A stretch of 64,000 nt of DNA from Candidatus Latescibacterota bacterium (GCA_965248265.1 CBDFJF010000001.1:2368001-2432000), one strand, 5' to 3'. Positions 10,231 through 20,691 are shown, counted from the stretch's first letter. Notes: generated by a model from the sequence alone, not told the origin. A program made the numbers and translations.

Positions 10231-11457
10231 ATGGCACACATCAACGAGCACTATCTGAAACTTCAAGCCGGCTACCTCTTTCCTGAAATCGCCCGGCGCA
10301 CGGCCAGCTTCGCGGCTGAGCAGCCCGACGCCTCCCTGATTCGTATGGGTATCGGCGATGTCGTCAAAGCCCTGCCACGGGTCATCGTCGATGCCATGCA
10401 GGCAGCCACTGAGGAGCTGGCGGCCGATGAGACCTTCCAGGGCTATCCTCCCGACCTTGGTCAGCAGCGGCTGCGGGAGCTCATCGTCGAGCACGAATTT
10501 GGCGCTCGTGGTGTCGCCGTTGACATTGATGAAGTGTTCGTCTCCGACGGCGCCAAGTGCGACTCCGCTAATATCCAGGAGATTTTCGCGACCGACAGCG
10601 TTGTGGCCCTGACCGATCCGGTTTATCCGGTGTACTGCGACAGCAATGTCATGGCCGGACGCACCGGCGTGGCCAACGCGGAGGGGCGCTACAATGGACT
10701 CGTTTACCTGCCGTGCGTGGCCGCTACCGATTTTCAACCACCGCTACCCACTGAACATGCCGACCTCATCTATCTGTGCTCTCCCAACAACCCGACCGGG
10801 GCCGTGATGTCCAAGGCCTCGCTTCAGGAGTGGGTGGCCTACGCGCGCTCCGAGAAGGCCGTCATCCTCTTCGATGCTGCCTATGAGGCCTACATCACTG
10901 ATCCTTCGATTCCGCATTCCATCTACGAAATCGACGGCGCCCGGGAAGTCGCGATCGAGATGCGCAGCTACTCCAAGTCGATCGGCTTTACCGGAGTGCG
11001 CTGTGCCTTCACCGTGGTCCCGGAAGAGTTGCGCGGCACCACCGCGTCCGGCGAAACAGCTGACCTGCGGGCACTCTGGGCGCGGCGGCACTCAACCAAG
11101 TTCAACGGCGTGTCCTACCCCGTGCAGTGTGCCGCTGCCGCCTCCTACACAGCTGATGGCAAAGCAGCCCAGCGCCGACTCATCGATTTCTACATGAGCA
11201 ACGCTGCGATCATGCGCCAGCGTCTGATCGATGGCGGCTACACCGTTTTCGGGGGCAGCAATGCACCCTACCTGTGGATCGCCACGCCGACCGGACACGA
11301 CAGCTGGAGCTTCTTCGATCTGCTGTTGCGGGAGTCCAACGTTGTAGGTACCCCGGGCGCCGGCTTTGGAGCCGCGGGGGAAGGCTACCTGCGGCTGTCC
11401 GCTTTCCAGCATCGGGATGCGGTAGAGGACGCCATGGACCGGATCGATCGACTGTGA
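10231..11457 (+). CDS. dapL: LL-diaminopimelate aminotransferase
   Basis: YLFPEIARR, GIGDV, SDGAKCD, SPNNPTG, DAAYEAYI, SYSKSIGFTGVRC. Confidence 0.95.
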   Translation: MAHINEHYLKLQAGYLFPEIARRTASFAAEQPDASLIRMGIGDVVKALPRVIVDAMQAATEELAADETFQGYPPDLGQQRLRELIVEHEFGARGVAVDIDEVFVSDGAKCDSANIQEIFATDSVVALTDPVYPVYCDSNVMAGRTGVANAEGRYNGLVYLPCVAATDFQPPLPTEHADLIYLCSPNNPTGAVMSKASLQEWVAYARSEKAVILFDAAYEAYITDPSIPHSIYEIDGAREVAIEMRSYSKSIGFTGVRCAFTVVPEELRGTTASGETADLRALWARRHSTKFNGVSYPVQCAAAASYTADGKAAQRRLIDFYMSNAAIMRQRLIDGGYTVFGGSNAPYLWIATPTGHDSWSFFDLLLRESNVVGTPGAGFGAAGEGYLRLSAFQHRDAVEDAMDRIDRL

Positions 11458-11556
11458 ACCCCTCCCCTCGATGAAACACTCCTGAAGGGGTCGTGGACGA
11501 CCCACTGTCACCATCGACCGACCGCCGCCCACCGACTGACTTCGTCGAATAAACCG

Positions 11557-11591
11557 TTGCTTACCGGGATCAATTTACGTATAGTACATAA
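11557..11591 (+). promoter_or_regulatory. Putative sigma70 promoter TTGCTT-N17-TATAGT with an overlapping imperfect palindrome TTACGTA-TAG-TACATAA
   Basis: -35 at 11557-11562, -10 at 11580-11585, palindrome at 11575-11591 (one mismatch), inside an AT-rich island upstream of the RHH-nadA pair. Confidence 0.55.
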
Positions 11592-11659
11592 GTGAGTTAG
11601 CATTAAAAACAGTGTATTAATTGTTTATTTCTTGTTGTTAAGGCTACCTGGAGCCATAA

Positions 11660-11875
11660 ATGACGGTCACGAGTGAGAGGAACGGTCGCGCCAAGTCACG
11701 GACTTTTTCGGCTACTGAGCGAGACTTCGCCATGCTGGAGGCGGTCGCACACTATCATGGATCCAGCAAGTCCGCGACCATCGCCGGTTTGATCCGCAAG
11801 GAGTTCTGGCGCGTTTTCCCAAACGGTACGGAGTCCATCACCCTGGACGACGGAGCTAAGGTGAGCTTGGAATGA
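11660..11875 (+). CDS. Small putative ribbon-helix-helix DNA-binding protein (71 aa)
   Basis: GGAG SD; pattern of strand KSRTFSA, helix ERDFAMLEAVAHYHG and helix SKSATIAGLIRKEF; ATGA overlap with nadA. Confidence 0.65.
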   Translation: MTVTSERNGRAKSRTFSATERDFAMLEAVAHYHGSSKSATIAGLIRKEFWRVFPNGTESITLDDGAKVSLE

Positions 11876-12873
11876 CTAACGGGCAGATTACTACCCAGCC
11901 ATCCCCAGTCCAGGTGCCGGCGGCGACCTACTCCGACATCCCGGCAGAGGAACTGATCGCGCAGATCAACCGGTTGCGGGTGGAGAAGAAGGCGATCATC
12001 CTCGCCCACAACTACCAGATTCCCGAGATCCAGGATCTGGCCGATTTCACCGGCGACTCGCTTGGCCTGTCCGTGGAAGCCGCGAAGACGGATGCCGATT
12101 GCATCGTTTTCTGCGGGGTCCATTTCATGGCTGAATCGGCGAAGATCATGAATCCGGGCAGGAAGGTCCTGCTGCCGCATATGGGTGCCGGCTGTGCGCT
12201 GGCTGATTCAATCACGCCGGAAAGCCTGGATGACTGGAAGGCGGAGTACCCCGGGTACACCGTCGTCACCTACATAAACTCATCCGCCGAAGTGAAAGCC
12301 GAATCCGACATATGCTGCACTTCAGCAAACGCCGTCTCCGTCGTTCGCAGCCTGGACAACGACAAAATCCTGTTCACACCGGATCGAAACCTGGGCCGCT
12401 GGGTGGCCGACCAGGTAACGGAGAAGAAGATCGCGATCTACGACGGCGTCTGCCCAACACACGATGTTCTGCGCACGGCCAGCGTCGACCGCACCCGCGG
12501 GGAATATCCGGATGCCGTCATCATCGCCCATCCGGAGTGCCGCGAAGACGTCGTCAACTGTGCAGATGAAGTGTGCTCGACGACAGGTATGCTGGAGGCT
12601 GTGGCCAAGTACCCCGACACCGGCACCTTCATCATCGCCACCGAGAACGGCATGTTGCATCAGTTGAGAAACCGCTTCCCGGACAGAGAGTTCGTAGCCG
12701 CTGACGGCTGCATCGGCTGCCGCCTGCATTGCCCCTATATGAAGATGACAGGGCTGCAAGATGTCTACTTTGCCCTCTCGCAAGAGCGCTATGAGATAAC
12801 GCTGGACGAGCACACCATCACCGGTGCCAGGCGAGCGCTCGAACGCATGATGGCGGTCCCGCGCGATAATTGA
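11872..12873 (+). CDS. nadA: Quinolinate synthase
   Basis: ILAHNYQ, GDSLGLS, FCGVHFMAE, YINSSAEVKA, CTSAN, AHPEC, CPYMK. Confidence 0.95.
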   Translation: MTNGQITTQPSPVQVPAATYSDIPAEELIAQINRLRVEKKAIILAHNYQIPEIQDLADFTGDSLGLSVEAAKTDADCIVFCGVHFMAESAKIMNPGRKVLLPHMGAGCALADSITPESLDDWKAEYPGYTVVTYINSSAEVKAESDICCTSANAVSVVRSLDNDKILFTPDRNLGRWVADQVTEKKIAIYDGVCPTHDVLRTASVDRTRGEYPDAVIIAHPECREDVVNCADEVCSTTGMLEAVAKYPDTGTFIIATENGMLHQLRNRFPDREFVAADGCIGCRLHCPYMKMTGLQDVYFALSQERYEITLDEHTITGARRALERMMAVPRDN

Positions 12874-13095
12874 GCCCAGCCATCGATTCCGGTTGACGAC
12901 CGGATTCCGCAGGACACTGGTAAGCCCATGCGAGGCCCTCCGTACAAGTACGGAGACGCCAACTCCACGGTTGACTGGCGTCTTGTCCGTTTCAGATGAA
13001 TTGACCTATTTAGGGTAGGAACCGCAGCCAGGATCCTGCCGTCCAAGGGATACCCGCGCGCCAGATCCACCCCAACGAGAGATTGACCCAGTAGA

Positions 13096-14496
13096 ATGAC
13101 CGAGTCTGCAGATGTGCTTTTGGCTTCCGCCGAGCGGAGGGCACAGTACTACCGGGATCAGTATGAGTACTTGGTCCGGCACATGCCGAACGCAATATTC
13201 GTCATCGATCCGGGCCAGGACCGCATCGTAGAGGCCAACGACGCTGCCTGCCATCTGCTGGGTTACTCGCGCGAGGTATTACTTGGATCGCTCAAGATCA
13301 GCGACATCCATCCGCGCGAAATGGATCTGTTGCGTGGCTTCGGCGAAGAGGTCCTGGAACACGGGTTCGCACAGACGGAGAAGCTGACCTGTCTCTCCGC
13401 GGCCGGCCGCAATATCCCCGTCATCATGTACGGGTCGGTGCACGAAGACGACAGCGGGCGAAGGCTGATACGGGCGATCGTCATCGACAACCTCGATCAG
13501 CAGGTGATGGAACAGGCGCTTCGCGACGAAGTCACCGACAGTTACAACTACGAGGAAATCTCGGGTACCAGTTCCGGACTGCACGGCGTCCTGGAGCAGG
13601 TCGAACGCGTGGCTCCTACCGACTCCACCGCCCTCATCCTGGGCGAGACGGGCACGGGGAAGGAACTGATTTGCAGAGCCATACATCACGCCAGTGAGCG
13701 CCACAATCGCCCCCTGGTGAAGCTCAACTGTGCCGCCATCCCCTCGGGCCTGATCGAGAGCGAGCTGTTCGGTCATGAGAAGGGCGCCTTCACTGGCGCG
13801 GTGTCGCAGAAGCGCGGCCGCTTCGAGCTGGCCCACAAGGGCACGCTCTTTCTGGATGAGATCGGAGACATTCCGCTCGAAACGCAACCCAAGCTGCTCA
13901 GGCTACTACAGGAACAGGAGTTCGAGCGCGTCGGCGGCACGACGACTATCGAAGTGGATGTCAGAGTCATCGCGGCAACACACCGAGACCTGGCGAGCAT
14001 GGTCAAGGCGGGGCAGTTCCGTGAAGATCTGTTCTATCGCCTCAACGTTTTTCCGCTGACGCTGCCACCCCTGCGGGAGCGGCAGGAAGACATTCCGTTG
14101 CTGAGCCGCTACTTCGCCCAGCGCAAGTCAGCACGTCTCGGACGCACGCCCTGCACCTTCACGACGGCTGCCATGGAGCGTCTATCGGGATACTCCTGGC
14201 CTGGCAATATCCGTGAACTCGAGAACATCATCGAGCGCGCTGTCATTCTCTGTGACGGGGATACGATCGACTTCCCGCATGTCCAGGTCGGGGATGTAGC
14301 CGCGCTCCGGCACGTCGCCCCCGAAGTTGGCATCAGGCCGCTGCAGGAGGTTGAGAAGGAACACATCCTGGCTTCGTTGCAGGTCACGGGTGGCAAGGTC
14401 AGTGGCCAGGGCGGTGCGGCAGAGCTGTTAGGTCTCAAGCCCAGCACCCTGGAGTCGCGCATGAAGAAGCTCGGCATCGGTCGCAACGATGTCTGA
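13096..14496 (+). CDS. PAS-domain sigma54-dependent transcriptional activator (FhlA/NtrC-type AAA+ with Fis HTH)
   Basis: N-terminal PAS; GETGTGKE, ESELFGHEKGAFTGA, FREDLFYRL, WPGNIREL; C-terminal HTH. Confidence 0.92.
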   Translation: MTESADVLLASAERRAQYYRDQYEYLVRHMPNAIFVIDPGQDRIVEANDAACHLLGYSREVLLGSLKISDIHPREMDLLRGFGEEVLEHGFAQTEKLTCLSAAGRNIPVIMYGSVHEDDSGRRLIRAIVIDNLDQQVMEQALRDEVTDSYNYEEISGTSSGLHGVLEQVERVAPTDSTALILGETGTGKELICRAIHHASERHNRPLVKLNCAAIPSGLIESELFGHEKGAFTGAVSQKRGRFELAHKGTLFLDEIGDIPLETQPKLLRLLQEQEFERVGGTTTIEVDVRVIAATHRDLASMVKAGQFREDLFYRLNVFPLTLPPLRERQEDIPLLSRYFAQRKSARLGRTPCTFTTAAMERLSGYSWPGNIRELENIIERAVILCDGDTIDFPHVQVGDVAALRHVAPEVGIRPLQEVEKEHILASLQVTGGKVSGQGGAAELLGLKPSTLESRMKKLGIGRNDV

Positions 14497-15670
14497 GCCC
14501 ACCGGACCCCAGCCGCGCGCGCAGCGGCTCGAACAGCAGCTGGCCGAGTGTTACACCGCCATGGAGTCACTACGCAAGAGCGAAGAACGCTTTCGCCTGC
14601 TCGTCGAGCGCGCCCAGGACATCGTCTACCGCTTCAGTTTCGAACGTCGCGAGTTCGACTACGTCAGCCCGATGGTGTTGGCGACGACCGGTTACTCACC
14701 GAGCGAACTCTACGACGCTCCCCAACTCGTATTGGAGCTCGTTCACCCGGACGACCGGGTGGTGGTGGAAGCGTACTGGAAGGAGAGTGACCTGGGTCGT
14801 CCGTTGTCCTGTCGCCTGATCCGCAGCGACGGCCACACCGTCTGGGTTGAACACCGTAGCCTGCCCATGTACGGCGAGGATGGACGACTGATCGCGGTGG
14901 AGGGTGTCGTACGCGACGTCTCGGAGAACGTTCGCCTGCTCAACGAGGTAGAAGGGCATACCGAGCGCCTGGAAAGCGAGGTGTCCCGGCGGCGGCGAGC
15001 CGAGAAGATGCTGCGCCGATTCTCTTCGCGCCTTGTCAACTATCAGGAAGAGGAACGCCGGCAGGTGGCACACGAGCTTCACGACGGCGTCAGTCAATGG
15101 CTGTGCGGAGTTGGGTTTGGTTTGGAGGCCGTCCTTGGAGAATTGGAGTCCGGATCAGATCCCATGCAATCGTTGACTCAAGCCAAGCAGCTCGTGGACA
15201 AGTGCATCGATGAAATCCGCAGGATTTCCCAGAGCTTGAGGCCGGGAGTCCTCGACGATATCGGCCTCGTTCCCGCCATCAGAAGCTTGCTCGAGGAATT
15301 CGAGAAGAGTTCCGACATCGCCGTGTCGGCCCGGCTACCGAGCGAGCGCACAGACATCTCCGCCGAGTTGGACACCACCGTGTTCCGCCTCTTGCAGGAG
15401 ACGGTTGCCGCGGTCGGATCGAAACGCGGTGTCTCCACGATGGATCTGGTGCTCACTTGCGATGACGAGAAGCTGTCGATCTCGCTGGCGGATGACGGCG
15501 AAGCCTGCGCCAACGGCAACGGGCAGCAATGGGGGCCGCAGGTCATCCTTGAGAGCCTCCGGGAGCGCGCCGGGTTCGCCGGCGGCACGGTAACGACCTT
15601 AGACACGCCCGGAGGATTTGTGCTCGAGATGCACTTCCCGATACCGACGGGGGAGATCAGAGATGACTGA
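14489..15670 (+). CDS. PAS-domain NarX/UhpB-type (HisKA_3) sensor kinase with a degenerate ATPase domain
   Basis: PAS (VHPDDR); H-box EEERRQVAHELHD; LRPGVLDDIGL; N and G boxes eroded. Confidence 0.8.
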   Translation: MSEPTGPQPRAQRLEQQLAECYTAMESLRKSEERFRLLVERAQDIVYRFSFERREFDYVSPMVLATTGYSPSELYDAPQLVLELVHPDDRVVVEAYWKESDLGRPLSCRLIRSDGHTVWVEHRSLPMYGEDGRLIAVEGVVRDVSENVRLLNEVEGHTERLESEVSRRRRAEKMLRRFSSRLVNYQEEERRQVAHELHDGVSQWLCGVGFGLEAVLGELESGSDPMQSLTQAKQLVDKCIDEIRRISQSLRPGVLDDIGLVPAIRSLLEEFEKSSDIAVSARLPSERTDISAELDTTVFRLLQETVAAVGSKRGVSTMDLVLTCDDEKLSISLADDGEACANGNGQQWGPQVILESLRERAGFAGGTVTTLDTPGGFVLEMHFPIPTGEIRDD

Positions 15671-16322
15671 CGTCATCGAGCCTCCGATTCGAGTACTGCT
15701 CGTGGACGACCATCCCATAGTGCGCAACGGGATACGGTCCTTGATGTCACGGCGCCGTGACATAGACATTGTCGGCGAGTCCGAGGACGGGGACTCGGCC
15801 GTATCCATGGCCTCGCAACTGGATCCGGATGTCGTAATCATGGACATCGGGCTGCCTCAGATGAGCGGCTTTGAGGCCGCACGAATCATGCTGGGACAGA
15901 ATCCTCACATGCGCATCATCATGCTCACGGTGTATGACAACAGGGAATATGTGATCGAGGCCCTGCGCATCGGGGCTGCTGGTTACCTGATCAAAAACTG
16001 TCCCTCTGAGGACCTGGTCAAAGCGATACGGGCCGTGCACCAGGGAGACCTGTTCTTTCCTCATGAGGGCTCCAGCCGCGAAAAGACGCAGTGGACGGAT
16101 CATGGCGTCTCGCCGGCGGACACGGAACTCACTGAACGCGAGCGCGAGGTCGTCGGATTCATCGCCGAGGGCTACACCAACAGACGAATCGCCGACGAGT
16201 TGAGATTGGGCGTGAGAACGGTAGAAAGCCACCGGGAGAACATCATGAAGAAATTGAAAATTCACTCGGTGGCTGGACTGACTCGGTACGCCATCGCCCG
16301 CGGACTGACTCGGATCGACTAG
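15663..16322 (+). CDS. NarL/FixJ family response regulator (REC + LuxR HTH)
   Basis: VLLVDDHPIVRNG, IMDIGLP, LTEREREV...TVESHRENIMKKL; ATG 15663 overlaps the kinase stop. Confidence 0.93.
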   Translation: MTDVIEPPIRVLLVDDHPIVRNGIRSLMSRRRDIDIVGESEDGDSAVSMASQLDPDVVIMDIGLPQMSGFEAARIMLGQNPHMRIIMLTVYDNREYVIEALRIGAAGYLIKNCPSEDLVKAIRAVHQGDLFFPHEGSSREKTQWTDHGVSPADTELTEREREVVGFIAEGYTNRRIADELRLGVRTVESHRENIMKKLKIHSVAGLTRYAIARGLTRID

Positions 16323-16342
16323 ATCCGCATCGAGTGACGGCT

Positions 16343-17653
16343 TCAGATGTAGCTGTTTATCAGGTTCTCCAGCATTTCTTCGCGGCCACTGATCTTAGTC
16401 GGCTCACCGTTGTCAAATACATAGCGTTCGAGTTCGGCGAAATTCGTCGTTCCCTTCATGATCTTCCGGCCGATCCCACTGCGGTACCCCTTGTAGCGCA
16501 CTGAGACGAAATCCCCGAGTACACCATCCTGGATAATCTTGTACGCCGTCACCAGGCCGCGGGCGAAGCTGTCCATGCCACCGATGTGGGCGTGGAACAG
16601 GTCGACGGGATCAAACGAGCCGCGACGCACCTTGGCATCGAAGTTGACGCCGCCTGTTCCCAGACCACGAGCACGCAACACCACCATCATCGCGTAGGTC
16701 GCCGAGTACAGGTCGCTCGGAAACTGATCCGTGTCCCATCCCAACAGGTAGTCGCCGCGATTGGCGTCGATGCTCCCCAGCATGCCTGCGCTGGCACATA
16801 CCGTCAGATCGTGTTCGAAGGTGTGACCGGCTAGGGTGGCGTGATTGGCCTCGATGTTGACCTTGAACTCATCCAAGAGATCATACGTGCGCAGAAAGTT
16901 GAGTACGGTGGCGGCATCGTAGTCGTATTGGTGCTTCGTTGGCTCCTTGGGTTTGGGCTCGACCAGAAGCGTGCCACGGAAACCGATCTTCTTCTTGTGC
17001 TCCACGGCCATATGCAAGAGGCTCGCCATCTGATCCTGTTCGTGCTTGAGGTCGGTGTTGAGCAGGTTCGAATAGCCCTCACGGCCACCCCAGAACACGT
17101 AATTGGCTCCGCTTAACTCCTTGGTGCATTCCATCGCCTTTTTGATCTGCGCCGCGGCGTAAGCGAACACGTGCGGATCCGGGTTGGTGCCGGCGCCGTG
17201 GGTGAAGCGCGGGTGAGAGAAACAGTTGGAGGTACCCCACAATAGACGTACACCGGTCTCCTTCTGCAGCTTCTTCGCCAGTTTTACGATGATATCGAAA
17301 CGCTGGTTCGTCTCCTTGAGCGTGTCTGCCTCGGGGGCGATGTCCCGGTCGTGCCAGCAGTAGAACGGCGCCCCGAGTTTGGTAATGAACTCGAAGGCGG
17401 CCCTCATCGTGTCCTCGGCTCGCTGCATCGGATCGGCGGCCACTTCCCAGGGCCGGTCATAGACGGGTCCGCCGAAGGGATCCGAACCCGTGCCTCTCAT
17501 CGTGTGCCAGAAGGCGACTGAGAACCGCAGGTGTTCGGCCATCGTCTTCTTGCCCACCTTCGCGTTCGCGTCGTAGTACTTGAACGCCAGCGCCTTTTTC
17601 GATTTGACTCCCTCGTATGGAATCTTGCCGATTCCTGGAAAGAACTCTTTCAT
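16343..17653 (-). CDS. xylA: Xylose isomerase (class II)
   Basis: LRFSVAFWHT, HDRDIAPE, FWGGREGY, EPKPKEPTKHQYD, EANHATLAGH, GWDTDQF, NFDAKVRR. Confidence 0.96.
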   Translation of the reverse strand: MKEFFPGIGKIPYEGVKSKKALAFKYYDANAKVGKKTMAEHLRFSVAFWHTMRGTGSDPFGGPVYDRPWEVAADPMQRAEDTMRAAFEFITKLGAPFYCWHDRDIAPEADTLKETNQRFDIIVKLAKKLQKETGVRLLWGTSNCFSHPRFTHGAGTNPDPHVFAYAAAQIKKAMECTKELSGANYVFWGGREGYSNLLNTDLKHEQDQMASLLHMAVEHKKKIGFRGTLLVEPKPKEPTKHQYDYDAATVLNFLRTYDLLDEFKVNIEANHATLAGHTFEHDLTVCASAGMLGSIDANRGDYLLGWDTDQFPSDLYSATYAMMVVLRARGLGTGGVNFDAKVRRGSFDPVDLFHAHIGGMDSFARGLVTAYKIIQDGVLGDFVSVRYKGYRSGIGRKIMKGTTNFAELERYVFDNGEPTKISGREEMLENLINSYI

Positions 17654-17682
17654 GCCCGCTTCTCCCTTCTCATTGCTCTTTC

Positions 17683-18462
17683 TCACTCAGGTGTGACGTA
17701 AGCGGCGGTGATACCCCCGTCGACGACGAATGACGCACCGGTGACGAAGGAGGACTCGTCCGAGGCCAGGAACAGGACGGCCTTGGCGATCTCATCCGCT
17801 TCGCCGAAACGACCGATCGGGATGTGCACGAGGCGGCGATTTTTCTTCTGATCGTTATCCAGATATTTCATCAGCAATTCGGTGCGCAGTGGCCCCGGAC
17901 ACAGAGCGTTGACACGAATATTTTCCCTGGCGTGAACGACGGCCAACTCACGGCTGAGGGCGAGGACTCCGCCCTTGCTGGCGGTGTAGGCGATCTGTGG
18001 CGTGGCGGCCCCCAGCAGGGCCACGAAAGAGGCGGTGTTGATGATGGATCCCCCGCCGGCTCTCTGAAGCGCGGGTATCCCGTACTTGCAACCCAGGAAA
18101 ACGCCCTTGAGGTTGACGGCCATGGTCAGGTCCCACACGTCCTCGTCGGTCTGGGTGGCGTCGCTGTCACCGATGTGGGAAATGCCGGCGTTGTTGAACA
18201 GAATATGCAGATGACCCCAGCGCTGCTCGGTAACCTCCACCATGTGCTCACAGTCGGCAGCCGCGGCGACGTTGGCCTTTACCGCGAAGGCTTCCCCTGC
18301 CGCTTCCGACTCCTGAATCGCCGCCACCGTTGCCGCCGCCGCCTCGGCATCGATATCCACCACGGCCACGTTGGCCCCCTCACTGCTGAACAACAGCGCC
18401 GTCTGCCGGCCGATACCACTGCCGGCGCCGGTGATCAGGGCTGTCTTTTCGGCCAGTCGCAT
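17683..18462 (-). CDS. Short-chain dehydrogenase/reductase
   Basis: TGAGSGIG, NNAG, YTASK catalytic motif. Confidence 0.9.
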   Translation of the reverse strand: MRLAEKTALITGAGSGIGRQTALLFSSEGANVAVVDIDAEAAAATVAAIQESEAAGEAFAVKANVAAAADCEHMVEVTEQRWGHLHILFNNAGISHIGDSDATQTDEDVWDLTMAVNLKGVFLGCKYGIPALQRAGGGSIINTASFVALLGAATPQIAYTASKGGVLALSRELAVVHARENIRVNALCPGPLRTELLMKYLDNDQKKNRRLVHIPIGRFGEADEIAKAVLFLASDESSFVTGASFVVDGGITAAYVTPE

Positions 18463-18595
18463 TGCCACACAAAGCCTCAACTGAATGATCTACCGTTCGC
18501 GAGCCATCGGTGAGCACCGTAGGTTATCACCCTCACCCGGCACTTGGCAATGGTACGTAAACGGCCTGCCGAAACAAGGATGGAGCCCGACAAGA

Positions 18596-19903
18596 ATGGA
18601 CAATGACCGCGCCTTTGAAATGGCCACCTCCAACATCCGGTTTGGTCCGGGAATCACGGGCGAAGTCGGCATGGATCTCAAGGACATGGACCTGAATCGG
18701 GTCATCGTTTTCGCCGATCCGGCCTTGGCCGATCCGGCTCTAGCCGATCCGGCGCAAGCCGATCCGGCGCCGATGTCCCTGCTGCTGGAATCCCTCGAAT
18801 CGAATGACATCGCGCATACAGTATTCGACCGTATCAGCGTCGAACCCACGGACGCATCCTTCGCCGATGCGATCTCCTTCGCCCGGGGAGAACGCTACGA
18901 CGCCGTCGTCGCCCTGGGAGGCGGATCCACCATGGACACGGCAAAGGCGGCCAATCTCTACACCTCGCATCCGGCGGACTTTCTCGATTATGTCAACGCC
19001 CCGATAGGCAAGGGCCGGCCGGTACCGGGTCCACTCAAGCCGATGATCGCCATCCCCACGACCGCTGGTACCGGCAGCGAGACGACCGGCGTGGCCATTT
19101 TCGATTTCAAGGAGATGAAGGCGAAGACGGGTATCGCCCATCGCCGTCTGAAGCCGACCCTGGCCATCGTCGATCCGGACAACACGAGAACACTGCCTCC
19201 GGCTGTGGCCGCGTCCACCGGGTTGGATGTCCTCAGTCACGCCCTGGAGTCGTACACGGCCATGCCGTACGATCGACGACCACATCCCGACAGGCCAATC
19301 CTGCGACCGGCTTACCAGGGGTCCAACCCGATCAGCGACCTGTGGTCTCTCGAAGCCCTGCGTATGGTCGCCGAGTACCTGCCGCGTGCTGTCGCTGACA
19401 CGGGAGACGACGAGGCTCGGGGAAAGATGCTGTTGGCCGCCGCTTACGCCGGCATGGGATTTGGCAACGCGGGCGTGCATTTACCGCACGGCATGTCCTA
19501 CCCCGTCGCGGGCATGGTCGAGAGCTACATGCCACCGGGTTACACCGTCGACCACCCCGTGGTCCCGCACGGAACCTCCGTCATCGTCAACGCGCCTGCC
19601 GTCTTCCGCTTCACGGCTCCCTCATGTCCCGAGCGCCATCTCAAGGCGGCACAGATCCTGGGCGCCGATATCGCCGGGACCGACTCAGCATCGGCTGGTG
19701 AAGCGCTTGCCGAGTGTCTGATCGACTACATGCGTCGATTGAACATGCCGAACGGATTGAACGCATTGGGGTATTCGTCATCCGATATTCCGGCGCTGGT
19801 GCAAGGTACCTTGCCGCAGCACCGGGTGACGAAACTATCGCCGCGTCCGGCGGACGAGGATGACCTTACTTCTCTGTTCAAAGATGCCCTGACCTACTGG
19901 TAG
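18596..19903 (+). CDS. Hydroxyacid-oxoacid transhydrogenase (ADHFE1/HOT-like iron-containing ADH)
   Basis: GGGSTMDTAKAANLY, DYVNAPIGKG, PTTAGTGSETTG, RPAYQGSNP, GVHLPHGMSYPV, VQGTLPQHRVTKL. Confidence 0.88.
   Translation: MDNDRAFEMATSNIRFGPGITGEVGMDLKDMDLNRVIVFADPALADPALADPAQADPAPMSLLLESLESNDIAHTVFDRISVEPTDASFADAISFARGERYDAVVALGGGSTMDTAKAANLYTSHPADFLDYVNAPIGKGRPVPGPLKPMIAIPTTAGTGSETTGVAIFDFKEMKAKTGIAHRRLKPTLAIVDPDNTRTLPPAVAASTGLDVLSHALESYTAMPYDRRPHPDRPILRPAYQGSNPISDLWSLEALRMVAEYLPRAVADTGDDEARGKMLLAAAYAGMGFGNAGVHLPHGMSYPVAGMVESYMPPGYTVDHPVVPHGTSVIVNAPAVFRFTAPSCPERHLKAAQILGADIAGTDSASAGEALAECLIDYMRRLNMPNGLNALGYSSSDIPALVQGTLPQHRVTKLSPRPADEDDLTSLFKDALTYW
18713..18772 (+). repeat. In-frame tandem 4 x 15 bp (GCCGATCCGGCnnnn) encoding ADPAL-ADPAL-ADPAQ-ADPAP
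   Basis: Read directly in DNA and protein. Confidence 0.9.
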
Positions 19904-19932
19904 CAAAGCGTCCTGTCTCAGGACACTCGCTG

Positions 19933-20674
19933 TCAGGCAGCGGTGGACAGAGCAAGGCCTGCCCATCCTTCGAAAACCGCACGACCCCGTGACTGCAATT
20001 GCGCCAGATGAGTGGCCGCTGCCGCAACAATCTCAGTTCCGTCCAACCGTTCCTGCGTCAGCTCCGCGGCGCAGGTGGCAACCAGATCGCGGACGATCTT
20101 CTCGGTCACCTCCATGTGGAAAAGCGTGCCGTAGGCATTGCGTCCATGGACGAACGCCTGGCATGGGGTGATGTCGGAGGAGGCCAGTTGCACGGTGCCG
20201 GCGGGAAGTGCAAACACGTCACCGTGCCAGTGGAAAGCGGTGAAGGCACGAGTCTGGATCTCAGAACTGGCCTCCATCAACGGCGACCAGATTTCATCGG
20301 CGGCCGCCCCTTCACTCAGCGTTACCTCGTGCCAGCCGATCTCCTTGCGCTCCCCACGTCGGACATCCGAGCCCAACACCGATGCCAGCAGTTGGCTGCC
20401 CAGACAGGTTCCGAAAATCGGCGTCTCGTCCTTCAATGCCCGGTCGATGAGATGCATCTCTTCACTCAGATGCGGATGGCGAGCCTGGTCGTAAACCCCC
20501 ATCGGGCCTCCCATGACGATGAGTCCGCAGACATCACGATCCAGTCGCTTCGGCACGGGTTCGCCGTCGAAGAGACGCACGTAGCGAGAAGTTAGCCCGC
20601 AGTTGTGCAGTACCTGCTCGATCGTGCCCAGCGTTTCGCAGGCGATGTGTTGGAGAACAACAGATTTCCGACAT
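19933..20674 (-). CDS. Type 1 glutamine amidotransferase; apparent one-base frameshift just after the start
   Basis: MGGPMGV, nucleophile GTCLGSQL, WHGD, FHME. The upstream in-frame VVLQHIACETLG segment is one base out of frame with ATG 20674 (MSEI). Confidence 0.75.
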
Positions 20675-20691
20675 GGTTGAACCTGGCGGCC

